64,000 bases of DNA from Lingula anatina (lineage: Eukaryota; Animalia; Brachiopoda): NCBI GenBank assembly GCA_051362555.1, contig CM120641.1, positions 186,001 through 250,000 of the forward strand. Direction: 5' to 3'. Below are positions 1 to 15,854 of this stretch, piece by piece (within the stretch, counting starts at the first letter, position 1; each line of letters starts with the position of its first letter). A program made the position numbers and the translations under genes. A model generated the notes under the pieces. The model was not told the DNA's origin. It worked only from the letters and a program-made list of their open reading frames with translations, and did not search any database.

Positions 1-315
1 ATTGGGGTGGTCATAAAAATTGTTTCCTTTTTTCATCATCAGCACAATTACTGAGATAATAGTCCATGGAAATAACTTCTTAAAATGAGCAATCATTAAT
101 CAATGTTACCAACTAAGCATATAATATATCCTTCTGTTCACCCAGAGGCTCAATACTACATTTTTATAGGATTCATTTCATGTTATTTACAGATACATCT
201 AGGTCATATTACAAGTCTTCTATTCAATAAGAAACATTTCCCAAAACTAACATACTCCCATAGGAATAAATTCCCATCCCTATAATTCCTCCCCTCCCCC
301 ACGCCTTTGCCTTAC

Positions 316-963
316 CATCTGAGGGTACTGTCTCCTGCCTGTGATCCCTGCCTTCATCTCCTGGGGAGGGGGCGTGGCTGATGGGGGAACACCTGCATGA
401 TTAACAGGACATGTATATCAAGATCTCGTTAAAGGGGCATACAAAAAAACAAGGGAGAGTGCTATCAAAGTTGTTGAGATGATATAAGAATTGTGTTTAA
501 AATTGTTTATCTAAATTAATCATAAGTCACAACACGATTTCAACTTAGTTTTTTGTCCATTCTATGCGTTTGGTTTAACCCTCTGCTGTTTTCGAAAACA
601 GCTTGCACGTGCACGCCTCACTCACTGTGTGTGCACCTTTTAGATCTAATACTATCAGGGCTACCTAACCAACACAAACCTGGAGTGTTCACAAACTGTC
701 CTTCTAACACATCATATTGTTGGTTAGGAACAGGAGAAGAATCCCGTGAAGATTTCTCAGATGGTGGTTCTAAGAAGAAAAAGAGAAACATGATTTAATT
801 AAGATCAGCTAGTTCCATTCCAGTTTTAAATATAAAGGGGCGATTCTGTTAACGATACAAGAATATGTGGGGTTTTGGAAGGTAAACCAGAAATCATAAA
901 ATCTACGACAGACATCAAAACATTTTTTCACAAACATACATTACCAATAAAGATAAAATTCCA

Positions 964-997
<34 letters not shown>

Positions 998-3900
998 ATG
1001 CAACGTTTCAATAATGATCAGCTAAAAACAAAACCCACTAAAAATGTCAATTAGTGCAAATGCCTTCTCCTGAGAGCCAAAGCAGCCACAACCTACACAC
1101 ATTTTCAAATTAAGTTGCACATGCTTTTATGTTTTACCCACCAAGTATTTTATCCTCTTGTTTAAATTAATACACTGGCCTGCCTAACTAATTTTCAGCA
1201 TAACCCATGTTCTACAAGTCTAAAAATTGTTCACACAACCCAGGAACACTCCACACAATACTTACAATATACTTGGTTTTGGTATATAACAGAAAAACTG
1301 ACTGGTAGTTAGGGAGGCCAGATACAGTTCATTTGTTGTTATAAAATGTACCCATGTAAAAAAAGATTTTCTTTCCAAAAATTACAGATAAATGACGTGA
1401 GAGTTAGTAAAGTTGGGAGTACCTGAGCCCAGAGGGGTTGGTGTAGCACTGTTCGGATGATAAGCAATTGTGTGTGAATAAGTCGCCTGACCATGAAACG
1501 GCTTAGGCAGCTCATTAGGTGTAGTACGACCTGCAACAACAATGCTTGACATATATATATATGTATACTGATATACTGACTGTTCACACAGTAAGGAGGC
1601 ATGCCAGGAGAGAGGATGAGGAGGACAGTCTTTCATGCTGTCTACATAGATGTAGATATATGTTTGTATCACAAGCAAGATTGAAATCCAGACTAGGTGA
1701 GATTGAAATTTCAACATGCAAGATGATTAATAAAATATGCTCTTAACCATAGATTCTATAACTAAATTGGCTTCATTAGGGATGTGATTAAATTACTAAT
1801 CTAAAATTGTCTGTGACTTGGGATTCCAATCTTGCCTAGTCAGGTTTAAAATCTAGCCTGGATTTCAATCTTGCCTGTGACATATCCATATATTTGAAGA
1901 TACAGGTCTATCATGTATATATATGTATACCAGTGGGGTTACACAAACACATTTTTAAGATTTAGAAAAATAGTAGTCTTTACCAAATCAAAACTACACC
2001 AATTTTGACAAATCAGTTATCTTTCTTTCTTCTGCTAAAGGAAATTATCTCAAACACTTTGCAAAAATTTTCTTTGAATACCAGTTTTAGCCCCGCCTCC
2101 CCATTTCCTGGCACTTCAGTGAGGTTGTCACATTTTTTCTACACCTCAACTTGTCATGTAAATTATCCCTTTGATACTCTTATCTCATAAATTTCAAGTT
2201 GGATTAGTGCAGCATGTTTACCCCACATACCATGCATTAACATGAGCATAAACCAAAGCTGACACTGAACTGGTGGTCAATAAAAATGATGTGTGCAAAA
2301 GCAAGCAAAAAACAGAAATTAGTCTCCATTCCAAAAAAATTTTTTTAATTATTTCTCAACCATATTTACCAAGGGTTATTAAGATTTTATAAACAATACC
2401 AATATACTTTATCAGAATAATTATTTAAAAATTGTAAAAAAAATACAAATCAAACAGCAGATACATGTTTGAAATGTGTACCTGATGTTAGTTCATTATA
2501 AAGTTATTAAATATATTATCTATATCTCTAACTTAGCACTGTTTTATATACCATGGTGTCTATTATCATATAAGGCATTAAGTGTTGCATGGATGACTAT
2601 TGTTCATGTACAAGCTACTATGTTAATACCAGTCTATTCCTGGAAAGTCTATTCCATTGAAAAGCCACCACATAAATTCCTTAGTCAATTATTCAACAGT
2701 GAGACAAAAAAAATGCTTTAAAAACACCCGTAAATAACTAATAATAAGCTGATAGCTAAAGTTCAGGGAAGACAAGTTAAGTATCACCAGAGATGGTCTG
2801 GTCTGCTCACCTTGCAGGTATCCTGGGGGTGGAGGAGCCAACCCATCAGCTGGACCTGCCGCCAACTGGGATGTTGACAGTGACATAGGTGGCGCTCCTG
2901 ACAGGGATGTCGGTGGTGCGCCGAGTCTTGGCGGTGGCGGTCCTGCCAGAGATGTGGGTGGTGCCCCCAGTCTTGGTGGTGGTGGTCCAGTATTCGGTAA
3001 GTTAGAGGGAGGACCATAACCCTGGGAAGTAGGAGGAGGGGGTCCAAATCCCTGGGGTGGTTTCCCTGATAAATTAGACAACTGTGTGGGTCCTCTGGGA
3101 GAAGGCTGTCCCTCCATGGACTGGGAAGTCGGAGGCCCCAGGGTTGGAGGACCCATGGAGCCATAGTTACTAACAGGAGGTCTGGACACAGGTGGTGCCC
3201 CTATACCTTGGGACACAGGGTGTGTTGGGGGTGGGCCAAACCCTGCCAAATTTGAGGGAGGCCCAGGAGGGGGCACTCCTGTGTTTTGTGAAGTTGGTGG
3301 CATCTGCTGCCCATAAAATCCTTGGCCAACTTGTGACGTGGGTGGTCTTACTCCCATAGGAGGTCCATTCATATTAGATGGGGCTCCAAAAGGGGATCCA
3401 CTTTGTCCAGCTGTGGTATTTATTCTTCCTTGGGGTGGTGGCCCCTTCATCTGGCCCTGTGACATTGGGCCAAGCTGGCCTTGAGGGCCCACACTGCTTG
3501 TAGGTGGAAATCTTTGTGGCTGTCCTGATGGTGGCCCAAACCTAGGTGGGGGACCTCCTTGACCTTGGGGTGGACCAAATCTAGGGGGTGGACCCCCTGG
3601 GCCCTGAGGGAGCTGACCAGCATTTGATGACAGTCCACCTTGTTGCTGAGGGTTAAATCTAGGTGGTGGTGGCCCCCCTGGGCCTGGGAACCTGTTCTGG
3701 CCAAACTGACCTGGGGGTGGTCCTCCTCCTCCCTGTCCATTAAATGTGGAGCCTGGCTGAGGGGGTGGCTGCGAACCGCCTGGCAGAGGGGGTGGCATGA
3801 AACCACCTGGCTGGCCACTAAACTGCTTGCTCACTGGGGGCATACCTTGGCCTGGAGGACCTGCAAGATTGAAGCCCAAAAAAGCTGATAATACTGGGTC

Positions 3901-4857
3901 CTGGTAATCTTTGTAGTTTTCTGCTGCTTGCTACCCCCTTCCCCATACATTATGTTGTTTTTATCATTATTTTATTTTAATTATTATTTTTTAGAAGCAG
4001 ACTTATCTTCAAGAATATATTTTACTGCAGGTGACTTTCGTTTTTATCTAGACAACAACTATGATTGATTCTACGAAGAGGATATTACTTATTTTACAAT
4101 CTGCTCCAATCAGTTAAAGCTGCTATCAAATACATTGATCACTATCCTATCTATCTTTTATTATATCACAACTTTTCCTTTCAGTATTATCATAACAATT
4201 ATTATTGTTGTTGTTGTTTAGGTAATTACAAATGAAGGTCAATTCTAAACAAGTGATGGCAATTATGGCTTTAATTCTGTCAATAGACCAAACACCACTG
4301 TAATTGTTGCCACCTATTTAAAGTAAAAAAACAGTTTCCTGATAATATCATGCATTTAAACTTACTGGAAATAAAGAAACCTGACCAAGTGTATGTGGTA
4401 TTATATTTTCTTTTCTGTTTGAAGGACATTTCTTAAGGTTTGAGACAATACTTAGTTGACTGTTGGCTAACTGCAGTGAGCAATAGATTACTTACCCACG
4501 GAGATAGACCGTTTATTTTCCCTCTAAATGTAAGTGGCAGCTTTTTAACAATGTTATCTAATACTAGTAGCACTTCACGAGACTAAGGCGATTTTATATG
4601 AAGGTATCAATCGACTTAAAACGTTCAACTAGTAGTACTTAACGTGTGACGTAGACTTAGACGAGTCAATCTTGCCACGTAAGCAACTTATCAGCGTTCT
4701 TATACCACTACACAAATCGATACTAACTGAACATATATATCAAACCATAGAACTCACCAAACTGAGGACCTCCGCTGGGAAAATAACCGGCATTTTGTCC
4801 TGAACCTTGCGGTCTCACGCCTTGAAATGACTGTGGATATTGCGACTGGTCTGCCAT
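316..4857 (-). CDS. 5' portion of a Pro/Gly/Gln-rich protein, probably SEC24-family COPII coat subunit N-terminus; coding exons 4857-4758, 3860-2811, 1530-1423, 392-316; continues beyond window start
   Basis: ATG at 4857 (MADQSQYPQSFQGVRPQG...). All four exons have GT-AG boundaries with compatible phases. A 350-codon PPG-rich exon, then ...GITGRRQYPQM. SEC24 assignment rests only on low-complexity composition and an RRxYP-like motif; no folded domain is in the window. Confidence 0.55.
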
Positions 4858-5245
4858 TGTTGAACTATCTCACATAAATGGAGACTATAGATAACAAAAT
4901 TTTTACAAGGAAGAAAACCTACTTTTCTGGACGTTATCATATCATTTTCACCTTTGAAGTTTTTCTGCCTTTAACTCCAAAAAAAGTCCCGGTTATTGAC
5001 TTTGCTTTTAATCAAACTCTAAACGGAAGTATCAACCACATGATTGAGGCATGCGCAGTTTTCAACGTGGCATACCCAGAATTCCAGAGTTGCACTTCAA
5101 TTTCAGGTTTCCGCTTCCGCTATCTTTCCTCACGTCATGTTAAAAGTCAGAAAGTGGTAATCACAAAAGACAAGAAGACAAAGTGCGATGAGAAATTAAT
5201 TCTGTCATTAAAATATCGAAATTGATTCTCATCTCCAAGATCCAA
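4858..5245. promoter_or_regulatory. Compact bidirectional promoter between SEC24-like gene and DCTN5
   Basis: Divergent ATGs at 4857 and 5246. GCATGCGCA (NRF1-like) 5049-5057, ACGTGGCA (CREB3/XBP1-like) 5065-5072, TTCCGCTTCCG (ETS-like) 5109-5119, CACGTCA 5131-5137. Confidence 0.55.
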
Positions 5246-7591
<2,346 letters not shown>

Positions 7592-9658
7592 TACCACTGG
7601 GACTGATAGATAAACTATGTGTTAGCTCACTCCATTCCCACAGTAATGGTGCTTGTGTGAAGTCAGATTCATTGGCTACCATATGAACAATGAAATGATA
7701 TCCCTGTTTAGGTATCAGCATTTCCTTTTCAAATGTGTAGATCTATAGTTAATGATGTTATTGTCAGTAGTGATAACATCCATCTCTTATAATGAAATGG
7801 TATATGTATAGGACTATATTGAGCTGGTAACTGAGTCGTGGCCCCAGATCTGCCACAGTTGTATTTATTAAGGTTTTTTCATTTATTATTTATTGCTGAT
7901 ATTGGTTATCAGTGACATAACTTGTCATTGTTTTATTTTGCAATGTATGCATGTTAGTTTTCAGTTATGTCAGTGTCTTTTTTTAAGTAGGCCATTTTGA
8001 AATTAATTGAAACTTGTAATATGTTGTGTTCAGCAAACAAGTTTTTGTTTTGTAATTATCATTTCTGTCAGCACATTAATGCTGTGTTCTGACAACTAGA
8101 ATTGATGTACATAAAGCTTATGTAAAAAACAGCTGTATCTTATCATTTATATTTGAAGAATATGATGTGCTCTCAATTACATTTGAATGCTGTCTCGGGT
8201 CAGTGTAGACCTGTCGTCAGTCTCGAGATATTTGCTGAAATGCCACCAGGAGCTACGTGAGACGATACATGTGGATATAAGACCACATTTCTACTGACAT
8301 AGATTATATATATCGGTGTCAGAAATGTTTAAACTCAAACATTAAAGTACAAAATATACTTCTTAGCCAAGACAGTAGAACCATGTTAATGCCAAAAATA
8401 ACAGCACCCGTAAAAAACTAATGTTTACAAATTGAAATATAAAAGTTGCCATCTTCCTTTTTATGTACAGACACGATACGATCAAACAATAAGCCCTGTC
8501 TCCATTCCAGCATAAACGGATTTATTTTTAGGAGAGAGAGGATTTTCGTAGACTTCTTAACCTTACAATTTACGGCATCCAACGGCATAGCACCGTCACC
8601 TTAAAGGAGTGTTATCAGTTGCATTATTTTGCCTCTGTCATCATTTATCTATTTAGAAAATTTAATGTTCATCCAGATTTACCTAGGTTTTTCATTGCGC
8701 TTCTTATATTTCAATACTTTGGTCGGGTTTTAGTAACATTCATTGTTTTTACCCGGCACCCAAATATGATGCTGTTAGGCTGTAACTCGAAAAGATACTT
8801 AGCATCAAACAGATGAGATGGGATCAAAAGAGATTTTATTTGTACGTGTTCATGGTTATAAAGTCGATACTGGCCGTGTGATATCCGTACAGTGCCGTAT
8901 GTCCCATATGATGCAGCGTCCGGAGACGGGCTGTGACTACCCTCTACCAGGACGACATATTGATTTTTCACAGAACTGTATGTCTCTAGATAAGTAGACA
9001 GTCATTTTGGCTCAGCAAAAAATGTCCACAGTAATAACTGCGGCCCTGGTTGAGGGTAGGCTGTGACCGTACGGTATCGTACCGATTAACAGCCTCTATG
9101 GCGTTGTCAACTTGAAACTTTGACAAATTTTTGAAGTACATTGCAAGTTGCAACAATTTCGTAGACGGCGTTGCACAGTGCCCATCACATCCAAATGAAA
9201 AAACTGTTCGATGGACTTGCAACGCAAGATTGTCTTGCGACACGGAGTTGTCAGACTTGCCAAGGAGATACAATCCTCTCATGGTTTTAGGAATCATAAA
9301 GTAATAGTGAAGATGCAATATAATAACTAAGTCTAATTCACTTGCATAAATGTGAAATTATGTGTCTCTTTATTATGGTGCTTAAAAACGCACGGGGAAG
9401 TAATGACAAGTTAAGTAAATTAATTTTATGTTAACGCGTCAGTCAGCAAGGAAGCCGCATATATAGTAGGGGAAAGCGCGACATTTGCAAACAACAAATG
9501 TTTACACACTCGCTGTAGACCGAAGACATTCACAAAACAAATTTTAAAAAATAGAAAAGAATGTCCTATAAGATTTCATCGTGTGGCGGCAGTCTTGGAA
9601 AATGTTACCTTGGTTTACGAGTCAATATGCGCTATTTACATGTTTTTCCTTCAGCTAT

Positions 9659-11656
9659 TTAGTTTTTCTCAGTAAGTCGTCCTTTTACCACAAACAGTCC
9701 GGTGTAATCTGATCGAATGTCTAAACTTCTTGTATTATCTTCATACCACACCATTTCGTCAAAACCAGCCGACTTCAGAGCATTAGTGATTTTAGCTTTG
9801 TCAAGTGGCAGACAAAAGAACTTCTCTTTACCAACTGTGTAATACGTTTCATCCAACACTCCAACAAGAACGATGTGTCCCCCGTGTCGTAGAAGTCTGG
9901 CGATGTTGACGAGCGCCCTCTGGTAGCTGGCGACGTCATGACAAGCAGCCTCTAAACACAGGCTGCTGAGGACGGCGTCAAATGGCTCGACAGGATTTGG
10001 AGACAAGATGTCTTCTTTCGTGACATCGCAGTGTTTGACGGGAGTCATTTTTTCGCGGAAGGTTAGCTGATTTTCCATCCATTTGCTCCTATAAATACCA
10101 ACAGTTATGAAAGGTTAACAATTATGTGGCGTTCACTTGGATCAAATACACATAAATACTTGTAAGTAGATGTTTGTCATCGTGAGACACAAGAACCATG
10201 CAAATGATGTGCTCTTCTTTTAATAGCAGCTCCATTTCATTGCTTGATAAAACCACCTCTAATTTTTTTTACTTTATCATTTAGCAAATACCATAATGGC
10301 AAACAGAATCGTTTTTTTTAATGAAAAAATTAACGCGCTTGTACCTTTAAAAATATATTTTTACCATCTTTACAAAAAAAGATGTTATATACTTCTTCCA
10401 TAGGAAAGGCCTGTAGTGCTAGAATATTGTAAATGGTTCTAATTAATGGAATAATTGGTTAAATCATCTTAGTGACCATGATTATATATACGATGGTACC
10501 TCTTTATTATGTTGAAAAAAATTGTATGATTTTACTTTCACTTTGGTGGCTAAAGAACCCTTTACACTGGACTGCGTTTCCACATCCTTTGGTAGGCCTA
10601 CGGTCCCGTTTGAGAGTAAAAAAAATATTTACGTGTCGACAACTGGCCGATCATTGAACATTCATTCTGCAACCAAAGCAATGCTTGTGTCTCCTTTCTA
10701 CAACCACAGCGATGCCAGTTTCCTGGTGGCACAAAGGATGCAGAAAGGACGCCGTCCAGTGTAAAGGGGGTTTAAACGATTGACGGAATTGCAGGAAATT
10801 GTTACAGCTAAAGGTAGAGGTTTTTGAGCACAAGTACATTTACACTTAATGGAATTTTAAATGCTTTGCCGTTTGAATCTTAGAATGCGCCACCCGTACA
10901 CTTATTTATTTGTTTATTTTTTAAATTTTAACTTACTCATCTCCGTCCAACTTGGCATGGTATTTGAAGTGTGGAGACCAGTCGTGGGCGGTGTCGTCTG
11001 CTGCCCACCATTTCACCAGCTCATCTCTGTTACACTTGGCGTACTCACTCAGTGTGATCCTGTCGAACCATTTGGCGCTGGGAATAAGATTGGCAATCAC
11101 TGGCCCTGATCCTATTTCCAAAATGCGGCGACCTGTGATAGTCCCTGCAAATAAAAAAGAAGTCTCGAGTTCAAAGTTTTTTATCGGTCAGTGTGCCTCT
11201 ACTTGTAATATCGCCATTGGAAAGCCATGAATAATTCGTCTTTCACAGCGAACTAGCTTGACTTACAGGTTCTGTATAAGTAAAATAATAAAAAAAGCAA
11301 AACAAGAAAACAAATATTGCCCCCAGGACGCCTTCTAGAAGGCCTAGACATCCCCTCCCCCCCTCCCCCTCCCCCCCCCCCCCCCCCCCAACACAAAGAC
11401 TTTTTAGGCACGTCAAACATAAGTGCAGGGAGCATTTTGTAGGTGAGGGTATTAGCAGAAGGGGGTGACAATGTACTACACTGTAGTATACGATCGGGGA
11501 AATCCTACCTGAGGAAAATATTTTATGAAGAGTTTTCGGTATGAACATTGGTGAAGTGGGTTCTTCCGGCGTTCCTTCGAGTATGCACGATTTTAGATAT
11601 TCTTCTGCACTGAATTTCTTCTGGTAGTCCTCTCCAAATAAAAGCATGTTGGTCAT
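9659..11656 (-). CDS. Nicotinamide N-methyltransferase-like (NNMT/PNMT/INMT family); exons 11656-11509, 11144-10937, 10088-9659 (261 aa)
   Basis: YQKKFSAEEYL N-terminus, SAM-binding ILEIGSGP, ITLSEY..NR.EL.KW, HDWSP, CDVT, DAVLSSLCLEAAC, L..GGH.VL...L....Y.VG..KF; three phase-compatible exons as in vertebrate NNMT. Confidence 0.92.
10554..10772. mobile_element. MITE, PIF/Harbinger-like, in NNMT-like intron 2
   Basis: Inverted repeat CCCTTTACACTGGAC (10558-10572) / GTCCAGTGTAAAGGG (10754-10768); TAA flanks both ends (10551-10553, 10773-10775). Confidence 0.65.
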
Positions 11657-12298
11657 ATTGTGTCAATATTAATTGTTGCGATCAGATGTTTCGATCCTTT
11701 AAGCCGCGTTTACAGCAAGCTGATCCTTCCACGAAATGTAGGTAGCTCTTCCAAGTCTCGGGCGTTATTTTATCTGCATAGGTGGCCTATCTGTGTTCTT
11801 ACCAAACTTTGATGTCCCTGTAATAATAAGGATAATCATAATTAATAATTAATTTTTGACGTGCAGCTAAGTCGAGCCAAGCAAGTCAAAGCATTAAATA
11901 TTTTCACTCTCTTCGCCCCCTTTGTATGGATTCAAGGTGCACTAGCCAAACAGTATACCTACATATTCTTGTGTTTGTAAAGGTTTTTTAAATGGGCCGT
12001 TATTGTTGATCTGACCTCATTTATTGCAGGTCCCTTTTAACTTTGCATATATTGATCCTCGGGACGACCGAACATGGAGTTACTATTTTTACTGAGGTAC
12101 CATACGCTATATACACACGTATAAGAAATCTAGCTGGGAATACTTCGAATAAGTAGGTAATTTGTCTCGATATTGACTTCATGGACGAATTTCATGTTAG
12201 AACTTACAGTTTAATGTCAACTAAGAAATTAGAAGGAGAGTTTTTCAACCATTTTTGCAAGTGCACTGATAAGCACAACAATGACAAGCAAAAGCGAC

Positions 12299-12308
12299 GG
12301 AAATTCCC
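12299..12308 (-). promoter_or_regulatory. NF-kB consensus site upstream of DED-like gene 1
   Basis: GGAAATTCCC reads GGGAATTTCC on the minus strand, fitting GGGRNWYYCC; the equivalent position in the paralog holds GGAAATTTCC. Confidence 0.5.
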
Positions 12309-12580
12309 ATTGCTAAAAATAATCCTTATCGTGTCCTTACAGTGACACTGAAACTTATTCGCCATTTTATAGTGAATTTTCGCGTTTGTAACATTCTCAA
12401 TTATTAGCAAGGGGGAATGGTTGGATTTGTTTAACGTTTACTTTGACAGTGCCCAGTTTTATTTTGAAGAAGATTAGGCCTGCGAAAAATTTCAAACTTG
12501 CAGTCCAATCCTGCTGCCGGACACCAAAATAGTTACAGTTCCTTTAATCTTTTTCAGCCGCTTTAAGGAGGTTTGTAAGG

Positions 12581-12967
12581 ATGGATGCCACCAGACCAGA
12601 GTATATCCACAACCATCTGAGCCTTGACTTGAAGAATGAGATCACCAGAGATCAGTTTAAAGCCATAAAACAACTGCTCTGGGGCACAGTGGGGAGGGCT
12701 CAACTGGAGGAAGCAGAAGATGTGTGTCACGTGTTTAACCTGATGTTTGACAAGGGCATTATTTCAATTGGAGAGTATGGTGTACTGAAGAGATTGGTGA
12801 GGGATGCTGGAATAGGAAGATTGGTTGGTGTCATTGAAGAGGCAGAAAACAGAATAAGGACGTGTGAGTATTAACGTACCTTTATTTGGTATATGACAGA
12901 TAAAGTGTATGTATTTCTTTCTCCTCATTCTCTCTCTCTCTCTCTCTGCGTGTGTCTGTGTGTGTGT

Positions 12968-13006
<39 letters not shown>

Positions 13007-13180
13007 TGTGTCTCTGTGTGTGTGTGTGTGTGTGTGTGAATGATGTGTTAATCCTACGGTAAGTTCTGTTATCTTTCTTAAGATTCTGTAATATTTTCAA
13101 CAAATTGAGCTTTTACAGCTGATTTTTGTCTTTTGTCACCTCCAGATAAACCAAATGAAAACCAGGCCAAGAAGGAATAA
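12581..13180 (+). CDS. Short death effector domain (DED)-like protein, paralog 1; exons 12581-12863, 13146-13180 (105 aa)
   Basis: Helical hydrophobic pattern LKNEIT..QFKAIKQLL....QLEEAEDVCHVFNLMFDKGIISIGEYGVLKRLV..AGI.RL..VIEE resembles a DED; donor T|GTGAGT, acceptor TCCAG, stop TAA at 13178-13180; clear paralogy with the 16749 gene. Confidence 0.7.
12930..13038. repeat. (CT)n/(GT)n microsatellite in DED-like gene 1 intron
   Basis: Dinucleotide runs seen directly. Confidence 0.95.
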
Positions 13181-13689
13181 TTAAGGCATTCTGGCTCCCT
13201 TGCAGCAATAGCATCACTTTGGAGAAACCTCAGCTGAGACACTAACTTTGTGGGCATCTTAACTAATTCACGCAAGTCTGTAGGTTTTGTGTCTTAAATT
13301 TCTGAAGCGCACATTCAGAAAACCATAAAATTTTACACAGACTGTCAGAGCAGGTCGTATAGTGCCACAGTATTGTAACATCGTGCCAGAATTGGGGTAG
13401 CAAGCTGCCATTGCCAGACAAGTCAATGTGACCCAAGGAACAGTGTCTAACGTGCACCAGAGACAATGCCCATAGCCGTGCCCAGACTGGTGAACATACA
13501 CAGAGCCATATCCTGTCACCGGACGAGAAGACCGCTTGCTTGAACCGTTATGTAACAACAACTGTCCAAAAACAGATCATGTCATGCTCTGTAAAATATG
13601 AGTGGCAAATTGCAGATCAAATCCTTACAGTCACACCTCTGAATGTATGGATGCCTCACCGAGTAGGGATCTATAGTCAGCCGTGCTTT

Positions 13690-13805
13690 CAGAGGACAAA
13701 CTCTGACTGATGTATGGAACACATTGCCACACCAAATCCCCAGAAAATTGTCTGAAGGAATGCCTTGCCGGGTGAGGGCTCTGATTGTAGTCAGAGGTCG
13801 CCTAT
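13690..13805 (+). mobile_element. Old Tc1-type transposase C-terminal remnant
   Basis: From 13715 translates WNTLPHQIPRKLSEGMPCRVRALIVVRG, matching the Tc1 tail W..I....I..L..SM..R..A.I...G; no TIRs located. Confidence 0.5.
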
Positions 13806-13944
13806 TTTATCAACTGTTGCAATCTGTTGAATTTGTCTTAATAGTTCTTTGCTGTGAGAGAAAATCCAGATAGCCTGATATTTTGAAAATATTGGATTCC
13901 CAAGAAAGCATGATCCATGTGTTATTTTTAAAGATGTTTTAATA

Positions 13945-15599
13945 CACTGATGCTCATAAGTTAAGCAACACTTTCTAATTTCTCAAATTTCTCAGCAACC
14001 AAGCTTTTTATTAAGGCAAAATCTGTACAGTAGCTAAACATATATCTCGTTCTTACTTTGAACTAGTGGACCGTGACATTTGAGTACTATTTACTGTTGG
14101 GCAGGGTAGAATATGCAATAGGGGTGCCACTTGCGAAAAACACAGTTTGGGCATGCCATGCGGAGCTTCCAATTTGGCTGGTTTCATGGGCACAATTTGT
14201 TATATTGTACCAACCAATGGTTAGAAGAAGACTCAACGAGGTAATCAGATGGCAAATTATAGGAAGCCATCTTGCTGAGGTGCCAGAGAGACAGATTGCA
14301 AGGCAATAGAGAGTAGCACCAAGTCAAGTGTCCAAGCTGGTAGCAAAATGGCGCCAAACTCATCATGTATTGGACAAGCCTCTTTCTGGTAGAACGAGAT
14401 TAACCGACGCAAGTGTTAGAAGATGTTAGGTTCAACTACGCCACCAGAACCGGTCCAAACAGCTGAGAAACATCTGGCCTGGATTAGGAAGAGCTCAAAT
14501 CAGTAGGCAGACAGTCAACAGGCATAATTTAGACGCTGGACTTTCATTTAAAAAGCCTCCTAAAAAGCCACCTTCGACCAAAAGACACAAGCAGATAAGT
14601 TTGGCATAAGCCAGATGCCGAGAAAGATAGAATCTAAGGACTGGGTGAAGGGTCCTGTGGACTGACGAGAGCAGATTCACTTTGATGTATGCAGATGGTT
14701 GGCTGGGAGTCTGAAGAGGTCCAAACCAAGCGTTTCAGGATGATTGTGATCACCCATGTATTCAGGATGGCGGAGTACCCGTCACAGTATGGTGCGCTTT
14801 CTCATATGATGAAAAATTGCCACTGTACGTTATGCAAGGGAGATACACTGGTCAACCATACAGAAAAGAAATACCATTGGGGAGCTTGCAATCACACATT
14901 CAAGCAAATCCAGGAAGAAATATCATTTTGGTGCAGGACAGTTTGCCCATTCATAAAGCACGGTCCGTGCAAATCGCGCTGCAACAGCATGGTATTCCAA
15001 ATTTGGATGGCCCTGCAATATTTGCCAATTCTCAGTGTAATTGAACATGCTAAAGATATGATTGACAGAGCAGTTAATGAGAGACAACCTCCAGTTGGAA
15101 ACATAAGAAAGCTCCAGCAGGCAGTAATTTAGGAATGGAACAGGCTCACAATGCAAGATTGACAGAATTTGGTGGCAAATTGCAGGAGACATTGTGAAGC
15201 TGTTGTTCAAAAATAGGGAAGGCACACCCAATATTTATTGGATAATAGACGATTAATCATTTATTATCTACAGTCTTCTTTTATTAAAACTAATTCTTAG
15301 ATGATTGAACTTTATTTTTTCATGATAAGCTGTTTTAATCAGCACGTACTTGATGCTGTGTGAGCATACTTTTTAGACACATGGTTTGGCCTATTTTGGT
15401 ACTGTTTGGTTAATAACGTTATTTTGATTATTACAATAAGCTATGTGGTGTATTTCATTAACAGAAATATTCAATTTGAATAGGTTATTTATAAAATATG
15501 AAAGAAATATGCATAATTCCACTAACAAATGAAATAATGATCATGATAGAAGAAACTTTTGACAAAATCTGGGTGTTGCTTAACTTATGAGCATCAGTG
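13945..15599 (+). mobile_element. Tc1/mariner DNA transposon (1655 bp) with pseudogenised transposase
   Basis: Perfect 27-bp TIRs CACTGATGCTCATAAGTTAAGCAACAC (13945-13971 / 15573-15599); TA duplication; transposase relics MVRRRLNEVIRWQIIG (14217), VLWTDESRFTL (~14650), LVQDSLPIHKAR, broken by stops and frameshifts. Confidence 0.95.
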
Positions 15600-15854
15600 T
15601 ATATTTTCTGAGATTGATATTGAATGATTAATTAAATGCGTAATAAACATGATGGCGAGTTATGTTTTCATTTATTACCAAGACGGGGAAAATAAAAGAA
15701 ATTTTATTTTGAAAGAAAATCCTCATTAGATGCCAAGTCTGCATAAGAAGGTCCCTTATAATCTTTGAAATGAGACACTAAAACCTTTTTTATCGGACAC
15801 AATAAGAGAGGGTGGCAATCGATGAGGGGGGTCTTTAAAGCATGAAGCCATTTC

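Noticed and set aside
2784-3888. Overlapping alternative-frame and antisense ORFs in the large Pro/Gly exon
   Set aside because: Expected by-products of GC-rich low-complexity coding sequence; no independent support.
4791-4793. Alternative start codon giving MPVIFPAEVLSL
   Set aside because: Its phase (0) does not fit the next exon; the ATG at 4857 does.
8600-9330. CpG-richer patch with short ORFs between DCTN5 and the NNMT-like gene
   Set aside because: May be a transposon relic or enhancer, but I found no matching ends or recognisable protein motif.
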